IMG/VR virus record: IMGVR_UViG_3300012663_000275
Coordinates: 1-34,112 of that record
Source of the DNA: a virus
Lineage: Duplodnaviria; Caudoviricetes
Strand: one strand, 5' to 3'
Length of the DNA: 34,112 nt
The position numbers and the translations under genes are program-made. The notes under the pieces are model-generated. The model was not told the DNA's origin. It did no database searches and saw nothing but the letters and a program-made list of their open reading frames with translations. This document shows positions 1 to 6,773 of the stretch, piece after piece (position 1 is the stretch's first letter; every line of letters starts with the position of its first letter).

Positions 1-232
1 CTTCTACTGAATTAGTAAGAGTACCGTTGCCTAGTTCTGTCTGACTGAAAGCGGCTTTACCTGAGTATTGCCAATTACCATCTTTGACTCCTAGCACAAC
101 TTCGGGAGCAATGCTGTCTGCGCCTGTTGCACGATTTTCTTGCCAGCTGGTTCCGACTTGAAAATATGGTTCGGCTGCTTGAGCCATGGTGACTGATGCA
201 GCCAGAACGGCTGCTAAAAATAGTTGTTTCAT
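1..232 (-). CDS. Secreted/outer-membrane beta-barrel (porin-like) protein, 3' end outside window
   Basis: Not in ORF track. ATG at 232 with SD AAGGA. MKQLFLAAVLAASVTMAQA-AEPYFQVGTSWQENR...WQYSGKAAFSQ is a Sec signal peptide (AQA cleavage site) followed by alternating amphipathic beta-strand pattern. Frame is open to the window edge. Confidence 0.65.
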   Translation of the reverse strand, partial: MKQLFLAAVLAASVTMAQAAEPYFQVGTSWQENRATGADSIAPEVVLGVKDGNWQYSGKAAFSQTELGNGTLTNSVE

Positions 233-283
233 TAATTTTCCTTTAGTTGTTTACTGTAACTTGGCCACCAAGCTACAACGTGC

Positions 284-313
284 ATTGTATAATAGCTCTA
301 TCGATAAAGTCAA
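284..313 (-). promoter_or_regulatory. sigma70-like promoter for the porin-like gene
   Basis: TTGACT-18 nt-TACAAT on the minus strand, just downstream of the tmRNA terminator. Confidence 0.5.
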
Positions 314-314
314 G

Positions 315-341
315 AAAAAAGGTTACCGAAGTAACCTTTTT
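315..341. terminator. Bidirectional intrinsic terminator closing the tmRNA transcript
   Basis: AAAAAA-GGTTAC-CGAA-GTAACC-TTTTT; UUCG tetraloop on the minus strand. Confidence 0.85.
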
Positions 342-344
342 GGT

Positions 345-680
345 TGTTTATTTTACAAGGTAAGTCCTACCCCGGACCTGCTGTTTTTTAGGCAGCTAGA
401 GCAACTTTGCTTTTGCCAGTAACAGAGTTACCAGTGAAGCTCATTGCGCTGAAGTCGAATGTATCTGCGTTTGCATTTACGAGTTTTGCTTGATTAACGG
501 TCATCGCCTACCGTGTTGCCGTCTCTATTATCTCACCCTGTCGAAACCATGGCAGGCCCATCAAAAACGCACTACAAGGTTGCCCATTATTAAGAGGGGT
601 GTAGTGCCCTTTTGGTGGACCTGGCGGGAGTCGAACCCGCGTCCAGAATGCCTTCACTTTGAAGGGATTACAACAATTCT
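345..680 (-). ncRNA. ssrA: Circularly permuted (two-piece) tmRNA
   Basis: Minus-strand order: acceptor piece (~680-613; T arm GCGGG-TTCGACT-CCCGC, then CAGGTCC-A-CCA), intervening hairpin (612-560; GCACTACA/TGTAGTGC), coding piece starting GGGCCTG-CCATGGTTTCGAC at 559. The 7-bp acceptor stem has the G3:U70 alanine identity pair. P2 pairing CAGGGTG/CATTCTG. Tag frame at 474-388. Downstream pseudoknot GTCC-GGGGTA-GGAC-TTACCTT. Outer ends are approximate. Confidence 0.95.
388..474 (-). other. tmRNA tag reading frame: (A)ANADTFDFSAMSFTGNSVTGKSKVALAA*
   Basis: Resume codon GCA after GTAAAT; 28 codons plus TAA; AN- start and LAA end typical of ssrA tags; stop codon lies in a CTGC...GCAG hairpin. 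Confidence 0.9.
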
Positions 681-749
681 TTAAAAAATGAAATGTATTA
701 CTAGAAATGTAATCAGTAATACTGTTACAATAAATTCATACGCTTTCAC
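681..749 (-). CDS. Possible 22-aa single-pass membrane peptide (MKAYEFIVTVLLITFLVIHFIF)
   Basis: GTG-start ORF filling the cspA-ssrA gap, almost entirely hydrophobic; no clear SD. Confidence 0.35.
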   Translation of the reverse strand: MKAYEFIVTVLLITFLVIHFIF

Positions 750-766
750 TTTTGTATTCTTACACG

Positions 767-970
767 TTAGGCAGCTTGAATATTACTGGCCTGGGCGCCT
801 TTAATACCTTGCGTGACTTCAAACGTTACCGATTGACCTTCTTGCAAGCTTTTGAAACCCTGTGATTGAATCTGTGTGAAGTGTGCAAATAAATCTGCGC
901 CACCGTTATCAGGAGTAATGAATCCAAAACCTTTGGCATCATTAAACCATTTTACTTTACCTGTTACCAT
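767..970 (-). CDS. cspA: Cold-shock protein (CSD RNA chaperone)
   Basis: [15 protein letters not shown] (RNP1) and LFAHF (RNP2); 67 aa. Confidence 0.97.
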   Translation of the reverse strand: MVTGKVKWFNDAKGFGFITPDNGGADLFAHFTQIQSQGFKSLQEGQSVTFEVTQGIKGAQASNIQAA

Positions 971-1023
971 TATTACTATTACCTTTTTAAAAAATTAATG
1001 TTTAGTCTGTGTGTAATTTTAAA

Positions 1024-1128
1024 TTACTTCTTGCGTTTCACCGCACGTTTAGCCATTGCATTTACTGTCTTTGGCTTCGGCGGCTTTTTGCCTTTAAGGA
1101 TCTGACTAACCCGACGTGGACTAGGCAT
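1024..1128 (-). CDS. Basic micropeptide 4, 34 aa (MPSPRRVSQILKGKKPPKPKTVNAMAKRAVKRKK)
   Basis: ATG 1 nt after the previous stop; SD-like GAGGA upstream; shares the C-terminal motif of the three neighbouring ORFs. Confidence 0.75.
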   Translation of the reverse strand: MPSPRRVSQILKGKKPPKPKTVNAMAKRAVKRKK

Positions 1129-1129
1129 T

Positions 1130-1204
1130 TTATTTCCTCTTCTTTAAACTGCGTCTTGCTGTGGCAGCAACTGAACGCTTGTGATGGGCTTTGAATTTAG
1201 CCAT
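1130..1204 (-). CDS. Basic micropeptide 3, 24 aa (MAKFKAHHKRSVAATARRSLKKRK)
   Basis: ATG 2 nt after the previous TAA; shared K/R-rich C-terminal motif. Confidence 0.72.
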   Translation of the reverse strand: MAKFKAHHKRSVAATARRSLKKRK

Positions 1205-1206
1205 GA

Positions 1207-1275
1207 TTACTTACGCTTCCGTAGTTGGCGGCGAACTGCTGCTTTTATACTACCGTTTTTTGCTCTGTATGCCAT
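1207..1275 (-). CDS. Basic micropeptide 2, 22 aa (MAYRAKNGSIKAAVRRQLRKRK)
   Basis: SD AAGGGG 10 nt upstream of ATG; shared motif. Confidence 0.75.
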   Translation of the reverse strand: MAYRAKNGSIKAAVRRQLRKRK

Positions 1276-1293
1276 TTTTAATTTCCCCTTAAA

Positions 1294-1359
1294 TTAACGT
1301 TTTTTTCTAGTTGCTCGTTTTGCAGCACTTTCCATTGGTGTTGGTTTTTTACGTGACAT
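1294..1359 (-). CDS. Basic micropeptide 1, 21 aa (MSRKKPTPMESAAKRATRKKR)
   Basis: SD GGAGA 7 nt upstream; an alternative in-frame ATG at 1380 lies just after TAAATA; shared motif. Confidence 0.75.
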   Translation of the reverse strand: MSRKKPTPMESAAKRATRKKR

Positions 1360-1384
1360 AGTTGTATCTCCGTTGTTCATAGTG

Positions 1385-1390
1385 TATTTA
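1385..1390 (-). promoter_or_regulatory. T4-like late promoter (TAAATA) for the micropeptide-cspA-ssrA unit
   Basis: Same hexamer recurs before about 19 genes in the window. Confidence 0.6.
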
Positions 1391-1645
1391 ACTATCTTTT
1401 TGCTGAGTTGTCAAGAGTTTTGTATTTAAAATCATGTTCTCTGTAACCAATTTAGTAATTGTAGCTAATAGTATTAGCTTGTCATCTTCTGTGATGACGT
1501 CTTTGTCGAATTGATCAAGTATGCTAGAACCAATCATGCCCATGGCTTGTTCTTTACCATTGGTAAAAACTCCCCAATCTATTGGGTCGCCTTCTTCGTG
1601 TGCAAATGCAACTTCGCACAGTTCTCGTAATGTTATTTTAGCCAT
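1388..1645 (-). CDS. Hypothetical protein, 85 aa
   Basis: ORF with SD GAGGA, overlapping the upstream stop. Confidence 0.75.
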   Translation of the reverse strand: MAKITLRELCEVAFAHEEGDPIDWGVFTNGKEQAMGMIGSSILDQFDKDVITEDDKLILLATITKLVTENMILNTKLLTTQQKDS

Positions 1646-2043
1646 CCAATCCTCTCATTGTTATCTTTTCGTCTTTGATGTTCTTCAAGGCTCCCAGGAA
1701 AACGCCAAGCCCAAATGGCAACAACGGCCATAAAAATTGCAGTACTAATAATACCAATTGTTTTTACTCCTGTAAAAAACATTATCAATAAACTAGTCGT
1801 CATCATGGCCAGCATGAAGAACTTCATCTTAGTTGGAAATACTCGCTTCTCGCCCCAATTGGTCAAGAACGGTCCAAACAGCTTATGATTATATATCCAG
1901 CGGTGCATACGTTCACTGCCCTTGCTGAAACAATATGCCGCAAAGACTACGAAAATACTGTAAGGCAGTCCGGGGGTAATGACTCCGAGATACGCCATGC
2001 CAAGGCTTATAAAGCCTAGTGTCGTCCATAAAAACTTTTTCAT
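1633..2043 (-). CDS. ybaN: YbaN/DUF454 family inner-membrane protein
   Basis: LG(x)ITPGLP..F..AAYCFSKGSERMHRW...HKLFGP signature; start revised to ATG at 2043. Confidence 0.85.
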   Translation of the reverse strand: MKKFLWTTLGFISLGMAYLGVITPGLPYSIFVVFAAYCFSKGSERMHRWIYNHKLFGPFLTNWGEKRVFPTKMKFFMLAMMTTSLLIMFFTGVKTIGIISTAIFMAVVAIWAWRFPGSLEEHQRRKDNNERIGWLK

Positions 2044-2044
2044 T

Positions 2045-3061
2045 TTATTTGGCTGCAAGGTCTTGCAGCCCCTGTGAGTAAGTAGCATTGTTTAACAGAG
2101 TTAACACTTGTTTTCTGTTACCGGCTTTGCTGAAGCTAACGTGTATCCAGGGCAGTCTAGTGCCTGTGGTTTTGTACTCAAGCAATAATTGATCATAGAT
2201 AATATTGTCTTTGATCCATAAGGCTATGTCGTAGTAGTCGGACTTCTGAACACCGCGGAACTGTAGATCTGCTGCCTGACCCAGTGGATGTTGGCTTCGA
2301 GGATTGCCAGACGGCGGGCGCCATGTATTGGTAATAAAGGAATTTGGATACTTAGCACGAATAGGTTCTAGACAGTTGATGGCTAGGAGTTTTAGATTAC
2401 AAACTGTTTCACCTAGTGACAATACTGATACTGCCGCGCTTAATGGATTGTCAAAAGATACGTGTGGCTTGCGTGTTAACTTGCCTACTGTATAATTTGT
2501 ACTTAATACAACTGCTTCTAATGCTGCACCAGAGAGTGGTGGCAAAGCGGGAGGTTGTACAATAAGTTCAACACCGCCGCAGGCTGTTGTTGGAGTACCT
2601 GTAAATTTACTAGGTGTCTTGTTGACATTTTTAGTAGCGGGTGGGTCAGCCACTGCTTGTTCTCTTTTACTGATAACTCCATTTTTCTTTAATGCCTCAA
2701 ATCGTTTCTTTCCTTCGCCGGGTGTGTATGTATCTTCTTCATCTGCTTCAACTACCTGTCTAATACTAGGAATATCTTGATCAATGTCGTCGCCAACAAA
2801 TACGTTGGCACTACCGCCTACACGCTGCGGACCACCTGCATCGTTGTTGCCTGTGTAGTTAAATGGCTGATTATGAACAAGTACTGCTCTACTCCCATTT
2901 GCTGTTTTATCGGTAGCAGAGAAAGGAACTAATACCCCAACGTCACTGGTATTAACGGATACCAATAGATTATTTGCATACACGGTTGTATTGCCATCAG
3001 TCTTGATGACAATCTTTCCCGCAGTGTTTGCATCTTTAAAACGTTGGGCGGGTTTTACCAT
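2045..3061 (-). CDS. PAAR-like spike-tip domain fused to a peptidase M15A (Zn-dependent, LAS-type) domain
   Basis: N-terminal GSRAVLVHNQP...GD-like...GGSANVFVGD PAAR-type repeats; C-terminal WR...SQHPLGQAAD...WIHVS metal-binding motifs. Confidence 0.75.
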   Translation of the reverse strand: MVKPAQRFKDANTAGKIVIKTDGNTTVYANNLLVSVNTSDVGVLVPFSATDKTANGSRAVLVHNQPFNYTGNNDAGGPQRVGGSANVFVGDDIDQDIPSIRQVVEADEEDTYTPGEGKKRFEALKKNGVISKREQAVADPPATKNVNKTPSKFTGTPTTACGGVELIVQPPALPPLSGAALEAVVLSTNYTVGKLTRKPHVSFDNPLSAAVSVLSLGETVCNLKLLAINCLEPIRAKYPNSFITNTWRPPSGNPRSQHPLGQAADLQFRGVQKSDYYDIALWIKDNIIYDQLLLEYKTTGTRLPWIHVSFSKAGNRKQVLTLLNNATYSQGLQDLAAK

Positions 3062-3351
3062 TAGCTTAATGCGATGCCTGTGGTAGACTCGATGAACTGT
3101 TTAGCAAAGACCTCATCAGTTGCTTCAGCTACAGTGACCGTGGTCTTTAATAGTTTGATGTCCTTGTTTGGACTTACCGTAAATAGATATGGCATTAGTC
3201 CTGGACCTTTTTGTCCCATACCAATAACCATCGGCTTTGATAATTTGTAATAAATTGGACCGTCTTCTACTAACTTAGCAACAATTTCTTCGCCGCTGGT
3301 TAGTTTAAGAGTGATGACTTCGCCTTCTGACACGCCTTTATTGATTAACAT
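3061..3351 (-). CDS. Hypothetical protein, Sm/LSm-like fold predicted
   Basis: VITLKLTSGEEIVAKL beta-hairpin pattern typical of Sm-like proteins of large phages. Confidence 0.6.
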   Translation of the reverse strand: MLINKGVSEGEVITLKLTSGEEIVAKLVEDGPIYYKLSKPMVIGMGQKGPGLMPYLFTVSPNKDIKLLKTTVTVAEATDEVFAKQFIESTTGIALS

Positions 3352-3364
3352 TTTAGTTTCCTTT

Positions 3365-3616
3365 TTAGTATCCGGAACCGTTGAATCCGGTTTCGTCGAT
3401 ATATTTTCTTAATTCTGTAAATCCGCCAATTACATTACCATTAATAATAATTTGCGGAACTGATCTTGCCGCTGGTACAGCTTCAAGCAATTGTTCTTTG
3501 GTAAATCCATCTCCAATCTTGCGTTCTTCAAACTTAACATCACGTTGTTTTAATAGTGCTTTTGCTTGATCGCAATAGGGGCAGTTATACTTGCTCCAAA
3601 TAATTACATTACTCAT
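3365..3616 (-). CDS. grx: Glutaredoxin
   Basis: CPYC active site, SVPQI, IGGF. Confidence 0.95.
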   Translation of the reverse strand: MSNVIIWSKYNCPYCDQAKALLKQRDVKFEERKIGDGFTKEQLLEAVPAARSVPQIIINGNVIGGFTELRKYIDETGFNGSGY

Positions 3617-3625
3617 TTTATTTCC

Positions 3626-3793
3626 TTAACTCGAATATACTATGCCACCGTTCTTGTCGGTGACTCTAACCATGACTGCGCCTTTTGCTTTCTTAGACAG
3701 AGCTGCTGAAATAGCAGATGCTTCAGTACCGAATGTACCTAGCGTAGTCCAAGACTCATAAGGGCTTCTAGATTTAAATTGTGCTTTGAACAT
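3626..3793 (-). CDS. Hypothetical protein, 55 aa (MFKAQFKSRSPYESWTTLG...)
   Basis: Below the ORF-track cutoff; exactly fills the nrdB-grx gap in the same orientation. Confidence 0.75.
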   Translation of the reverse strand: MFKAQFKSRSPYESWTTLGTFGTEASAISAALSKKAKGAVMVRVTDKNGGIVYSS

Positions 3794-3795
3794 AG

Positions 3796-4896
3796 TTAAA
3801 TGGCAGGCAATTCATCATAGTCTAGACTTTCGCTCATTACACCAATGACGTAGTTAGTAGACTCTGACTCTTGCAATGCTGTCTGTTTTTTACTGGTATC
3901 AGTATGCTTGTTGAACCAGGGGATAGGTGTAGACTTTGGAGCAGGGCTATTGTATTTGATGCCGATATCTTTAAGGGCACCTACTGCTGTGTAGTCTACA
4001 AAGTCACGAAGGATGTTTGCGTTAAGACCAATAACTGGGCCCATCTTAAACAAATAGGTTGCCCAATCTTTTTCTTCGCGAATAACATCCATGTACAATG
4101 CGTATACTTCTGCCTCGCACTCTGCTTTGGCTTCTAAGAATCTTGGATCGTCTTTGATTACTTGATTAATAATATAAGCAGTCCAACCTTTGTGTAACAG
4201 TTCGTCTTGTAGAATCAAACTAATAATGTTGCCGTTGCCAATAAAGATCTTATTCTCAACCATGGCCAAGCTTGTAGCGAATGATACCATAAAGCGGAAA
4301 GCCTCTAACGCATAGCTGGCATGTAGGGCCATCCAAATTGCTTTGATGTGTTCCTTCTCTGTAACTGCTTGGCCGAGTTCTTTACGACAGTTGATAACAT
4401 GTAGTTTGTCATAGTAGTTGCCTACACTTGCTGCCATGCCAACAATCTCTTCAGTGTCGTGAATTGTGTTAAACACATCCTTTGGCACGTTGTAGATATT
4501 ACGAATGATGTGACTGTAGCTCTTGCTGTGAATGTTAGTTTCAAAGAAGCCCCAATTATACATAAGTGCTTCAAGTTCAGGCAATGAACATACAGGAGTG
4601 AATACCTGTGTTGGACCACGACCTTGTAGACTATCTAATGCAGTTTGGCGTAGCAGATTACTAGTGAAGATATGTTTGATAGCATCACTGGCTTCTTTAA
4701 AGTCGTTACTGTCTTTGGTCAAGCTGACTTCTTCTGGTTGCCAAAAGAAACCTCGGGCAGTTGTATCGAAGTCTGCAATTTTTTTGTATTTGACTTCTTC
4801 AAAACGTTGGATAGTCACAGGACCGGCTGGGTCTAGAAACATCTTACGATTTAGATAGTCTGTCTTTGTTGTTAAATTATATTGTGCTTTACTCAT
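3796..4896 (-). CDS. nrdB: Ribonucleotide reductase class Ia beta subunit
   Basis: FFWQPEEV, LDSLQGR, ETNIHSKSY (radical Tyr), LEAFRF, DELLH, C-terminal NY; start at 4896 with SD AGGA. Confidence 0.96.
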   Translation of the reverse strand: MSKAQYNLTTKTDYLNRKMFLDPAGPVTIQRFEEVKYKKIADFDTTARGFFWQPEEVSLTKDSNDFKEASDAIKHIFTSNLLRQTALDSLQGRGPTQVFTPVCSLPELEALMYNWGFFETNIHSKSYSHIIRNIYNVPKDVFNTIHDTEEIVGMAASVGNYYDKLHVINCRKELGQAVTEKEHIKAIWMALHASYALEAFRFMVSFATSLAMVENKIFIGNGNIISLILQDELLHKGWTAYIINQVIKDDPRFLEAKAECEAEVYALYMDVIREEKDWATYLFKMGPVIGLNANILRDFVDYTAVGALKDIGIKYNSPAPKSTPIPWFNKHTDTSKKQTALQESESTNYVIGVMSESLDYDELPAI

Positions 4897-4897
4897 T

Positions 4898-5554
4898 TTA
4901 ATATTTTCCTGAAGCAAGTACTATCTTGCAAATGTGTTCTAATCTTTCTATGTGTTCGTATGCTCGCCACGGGGTGTTGCCAATAGCTACTACGCCGTGT
5001 CCTTTGATTCCTACTATATCAAACTTAATGTTGCCTTCTCGGTCAAGCCCCAAGTTACGATGACACGCTTCGCCTAATTCTTCACTGATAGGAGCAACAT
5101 CGCCTACGTTGGGTGCTACTTTAGTATATCGATTGAGTTCTGGAAAACTATCACTAATAGTTCCTAAGTCAATACCGGCATGCATGGCCGCAATACAGTA
5201 AGTGGGATGAACATGAACTACTACACGTACATCGTCCTTGTGTTGACCCATTTCTTTTTGTAAGCCAAAGTGTAGGGGCATTTCGCCTGTGGGTTCTAAA
5301 CTGCATGACAAGTCTGTTTGTTCAATAACTGCCCATGTGTGATTAAAAACACTAGTACCATTACCACTATTAATGCTTCTCCAGATTTTAATCTTCTTAA
5401 ACATCTCTGGTTGCATGTTCTGTTTACGCACACCACTAGGTGTTACATAAAAGTGATCGCGGTCATGATGTCGAATAGAAATGTTACCATCTCTACTGGT
5501 AATCCAATTGCGCTTGTAAGCGTCTACTAATATATCACAACAAGTTTCTAACAT
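4898..5554 (-). CDS. Class II aldolase/adducin family protein (FucA/MtnB-like)
   Basis: DGNISIR, VTPSG, PTGEMPLH, HVH and GHG Zn ligands. Confidence 0.88.
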   Translation of the reverse strand: MLETCCDILVDAYKRNWITSRDGNISIRHHDRDHFYVTPSGVRKQNMQPEMFKKIKIWRSINSGNGTSVFNHTWAVIEQTDLSCSLEPTGEMPLHFGLQKEMGQHKDDVRVVVHVHPTYCIAAMHAGIDLGTISDSFPELNRYTKVAPNVGDVAPISEELGEACHRNLGLDREGNIKFDIVGIKGHGVVAIGNTPWRAYEHIERLEHICKIVLASGKY

Positions 5555-5559
5555 TATCT

Positions 5560-5886
5560 TTATACCCTAAAACTTTCACCACATCCACAACGATCACGTT
5601 CGTTGGGATTATTAAATTCAAATCCTTCGTTAAGACCCTGACGTACATAGTCAATTTCCATATTGTCCATATAGACTAAGTCTTTACCATTCACATAAAC
5701 CATTGCACCATTACTCTCATACTTAAACCAATCACGAGTAACTGGCGGCACATCTATATATTCTAACACATACGCCATACCACTGCAACCGGTAGTTCTT
5801 ACACTGACCCGAATCCCAATGCCTTTGCCACGTTTTTCTAAGTTGGCAGAGATTTTCTTAGCGGCTATTTCTGTTACGGTAATCAT
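5560..5886 (-). CDS. iscA: Fe-S cluster assembly A-type carrier IscA
   Basis: GCSG and CGCGESF motifs. Confidence 0.95.
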   Translation of the reverse strand: MITVTEIAAKKISANLEKRGKGIGIRVSVRTTGCSGMAYVLEYIDVPPVTRDWFKYESNGAMVYVNGKDLVYMDNMEIDYVRQGLNEGFEFNNPNERDRCGCGESFRV

Positions 5887-6241
5887 CTATGGCGGCCTTA
5901 ATAGCATCTTCTGCTAGAATACTACAATGTATCTTAACTGGGGGTAGGGCTAGTTCTTCGGCGATTTGGCTGTTCTTAAGGTTAATAGCATCATCAATAT
6001 GCATACCCTTAACCCACTCTGTAACCAAACTCGAACTGGCGATTGCTGAACCGCAGCCATATGTCTTGAAACGAGCATCTCTAATAATACCATCTTCGTC
6101 TACCTTTATCTGTAGTTTCATTACATCGCCACAGGCAGGTGCACCGACCATGCCTGTGCCTACACCGTCTTCGTCTTTTCCAAACGAACCAACGTTGCGT
6201 GGATTTTCATAATGATCAATTACTTTGTCCGAGTACGCCAT
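5858..6241 (-). CDS. iscU: Fe-S cluster scaffold IscU
   Basis: MAYSDKVIDHYENPRNVG, GAPACGD, GCGSA, LPPVKIHC. Confidence 0.97.
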   Translation of the reverse strand: MAYSDKVIDHYENPRNVGSFGKDEDGVGTGMVGAPACGDVMKLQIKVDEDGIIRDARFKTYGCGSAIASSSLVTEWVKGMHIDDAINLKNSQIAEELALPPVKIHCSILAEDAIKAAIDDYRNRNSR

Positions 6242-6773
6242 TAATTATTCTCCAGTTTATTATCTTCCATATGTTTTTCAAGTATTTCTTTTTGTCTGCT
6301 TGATAGTCTAAAGCCCATGCATGTTCCCACCAATCAATTAACAGCACAATATCATTCTTGACTTCGTGATTCACGATGGTTTTGATCTTGCCATCACGAG
6401 CCAAGTATACCCAACCGCTGCCCTGTATTTTCATAGCCACAGTTTCAACTTGATCTTGAAATGCGTCATAGGTTTTATAATGCTGCTCAATAAATTCCAA
6501 ACTAGCATCGTAAGGTCTGTTGGCACCCTGTGGTGCATGTAGTTGACCAAAGTAAATATTGTGCAAAAAAGCGCCGGCTTCATTAAAGTCTGCATCTCCC
6601 TCACCCTTGTTGTATCTGTCTACGTAACCTTTATACAATGTGTCGTAGTGGTAGTCGAGAGTTTCTTTGCTTTTAACAGGGGATAAGTCGGTACGACTAT
6701 ATGGTAAAGACAAATGGAAAAGTTTGTCAGGCTTGCCTTCTAGTAGGACATTTCTAATGAAACTGTAACTCAT
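6216..6773 (-). CDS. sod: Fe/Mn superoxide dismutase (divergent)
   Basis: LPY...L.P, YHY, LHNIYF, GSGW, DWWEHAW..DY; all four metal ligands present; start at 6773 overlaps the nrdA stop. Confidence 0.9.
   Translation of the reverse strand: MSYSFIRNVLLEGKPDKLFHLSLPYSRTDLSPVKSKETLDYHYDTLYKGYVDRYNKGEGDADFNEAGAFLHNIYFGQLHAPQGANRPYDASLEFIEQHYKTYDAFQDQVETVAMKIQGSGWVYLARDGKIKTIVNHEVKNDIVLLIDWWEHAWALDYQADKKKYLKNIWKIINWRIINGVLGQSN

Noticed and set aside
186-422. Plus-strand 78-aa ORF
   Set aside because: Overlaps the porin-like gene start, a terminator and the tmRNA on the other strand
613-645. tRNA-like 3' fragment as an attP/attR integration remnant
   Set aside because: It pairs perfectly with the 5' piece at 559-553 and forms P2, so it is part of an intact permuted gene; no integrase in the window
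490-684. Plus-strand 64-aa ORF containing WWTWRESNPRP
   Set aside because: Antisense shadow of the tmRNA T-arm and acceptor; not a protein
1009-1194. Plus-strand 61-aa ORF
   Set aside because: Antisense to the basic micropeptides, which have SD-like sites, tight packing and a shared motif
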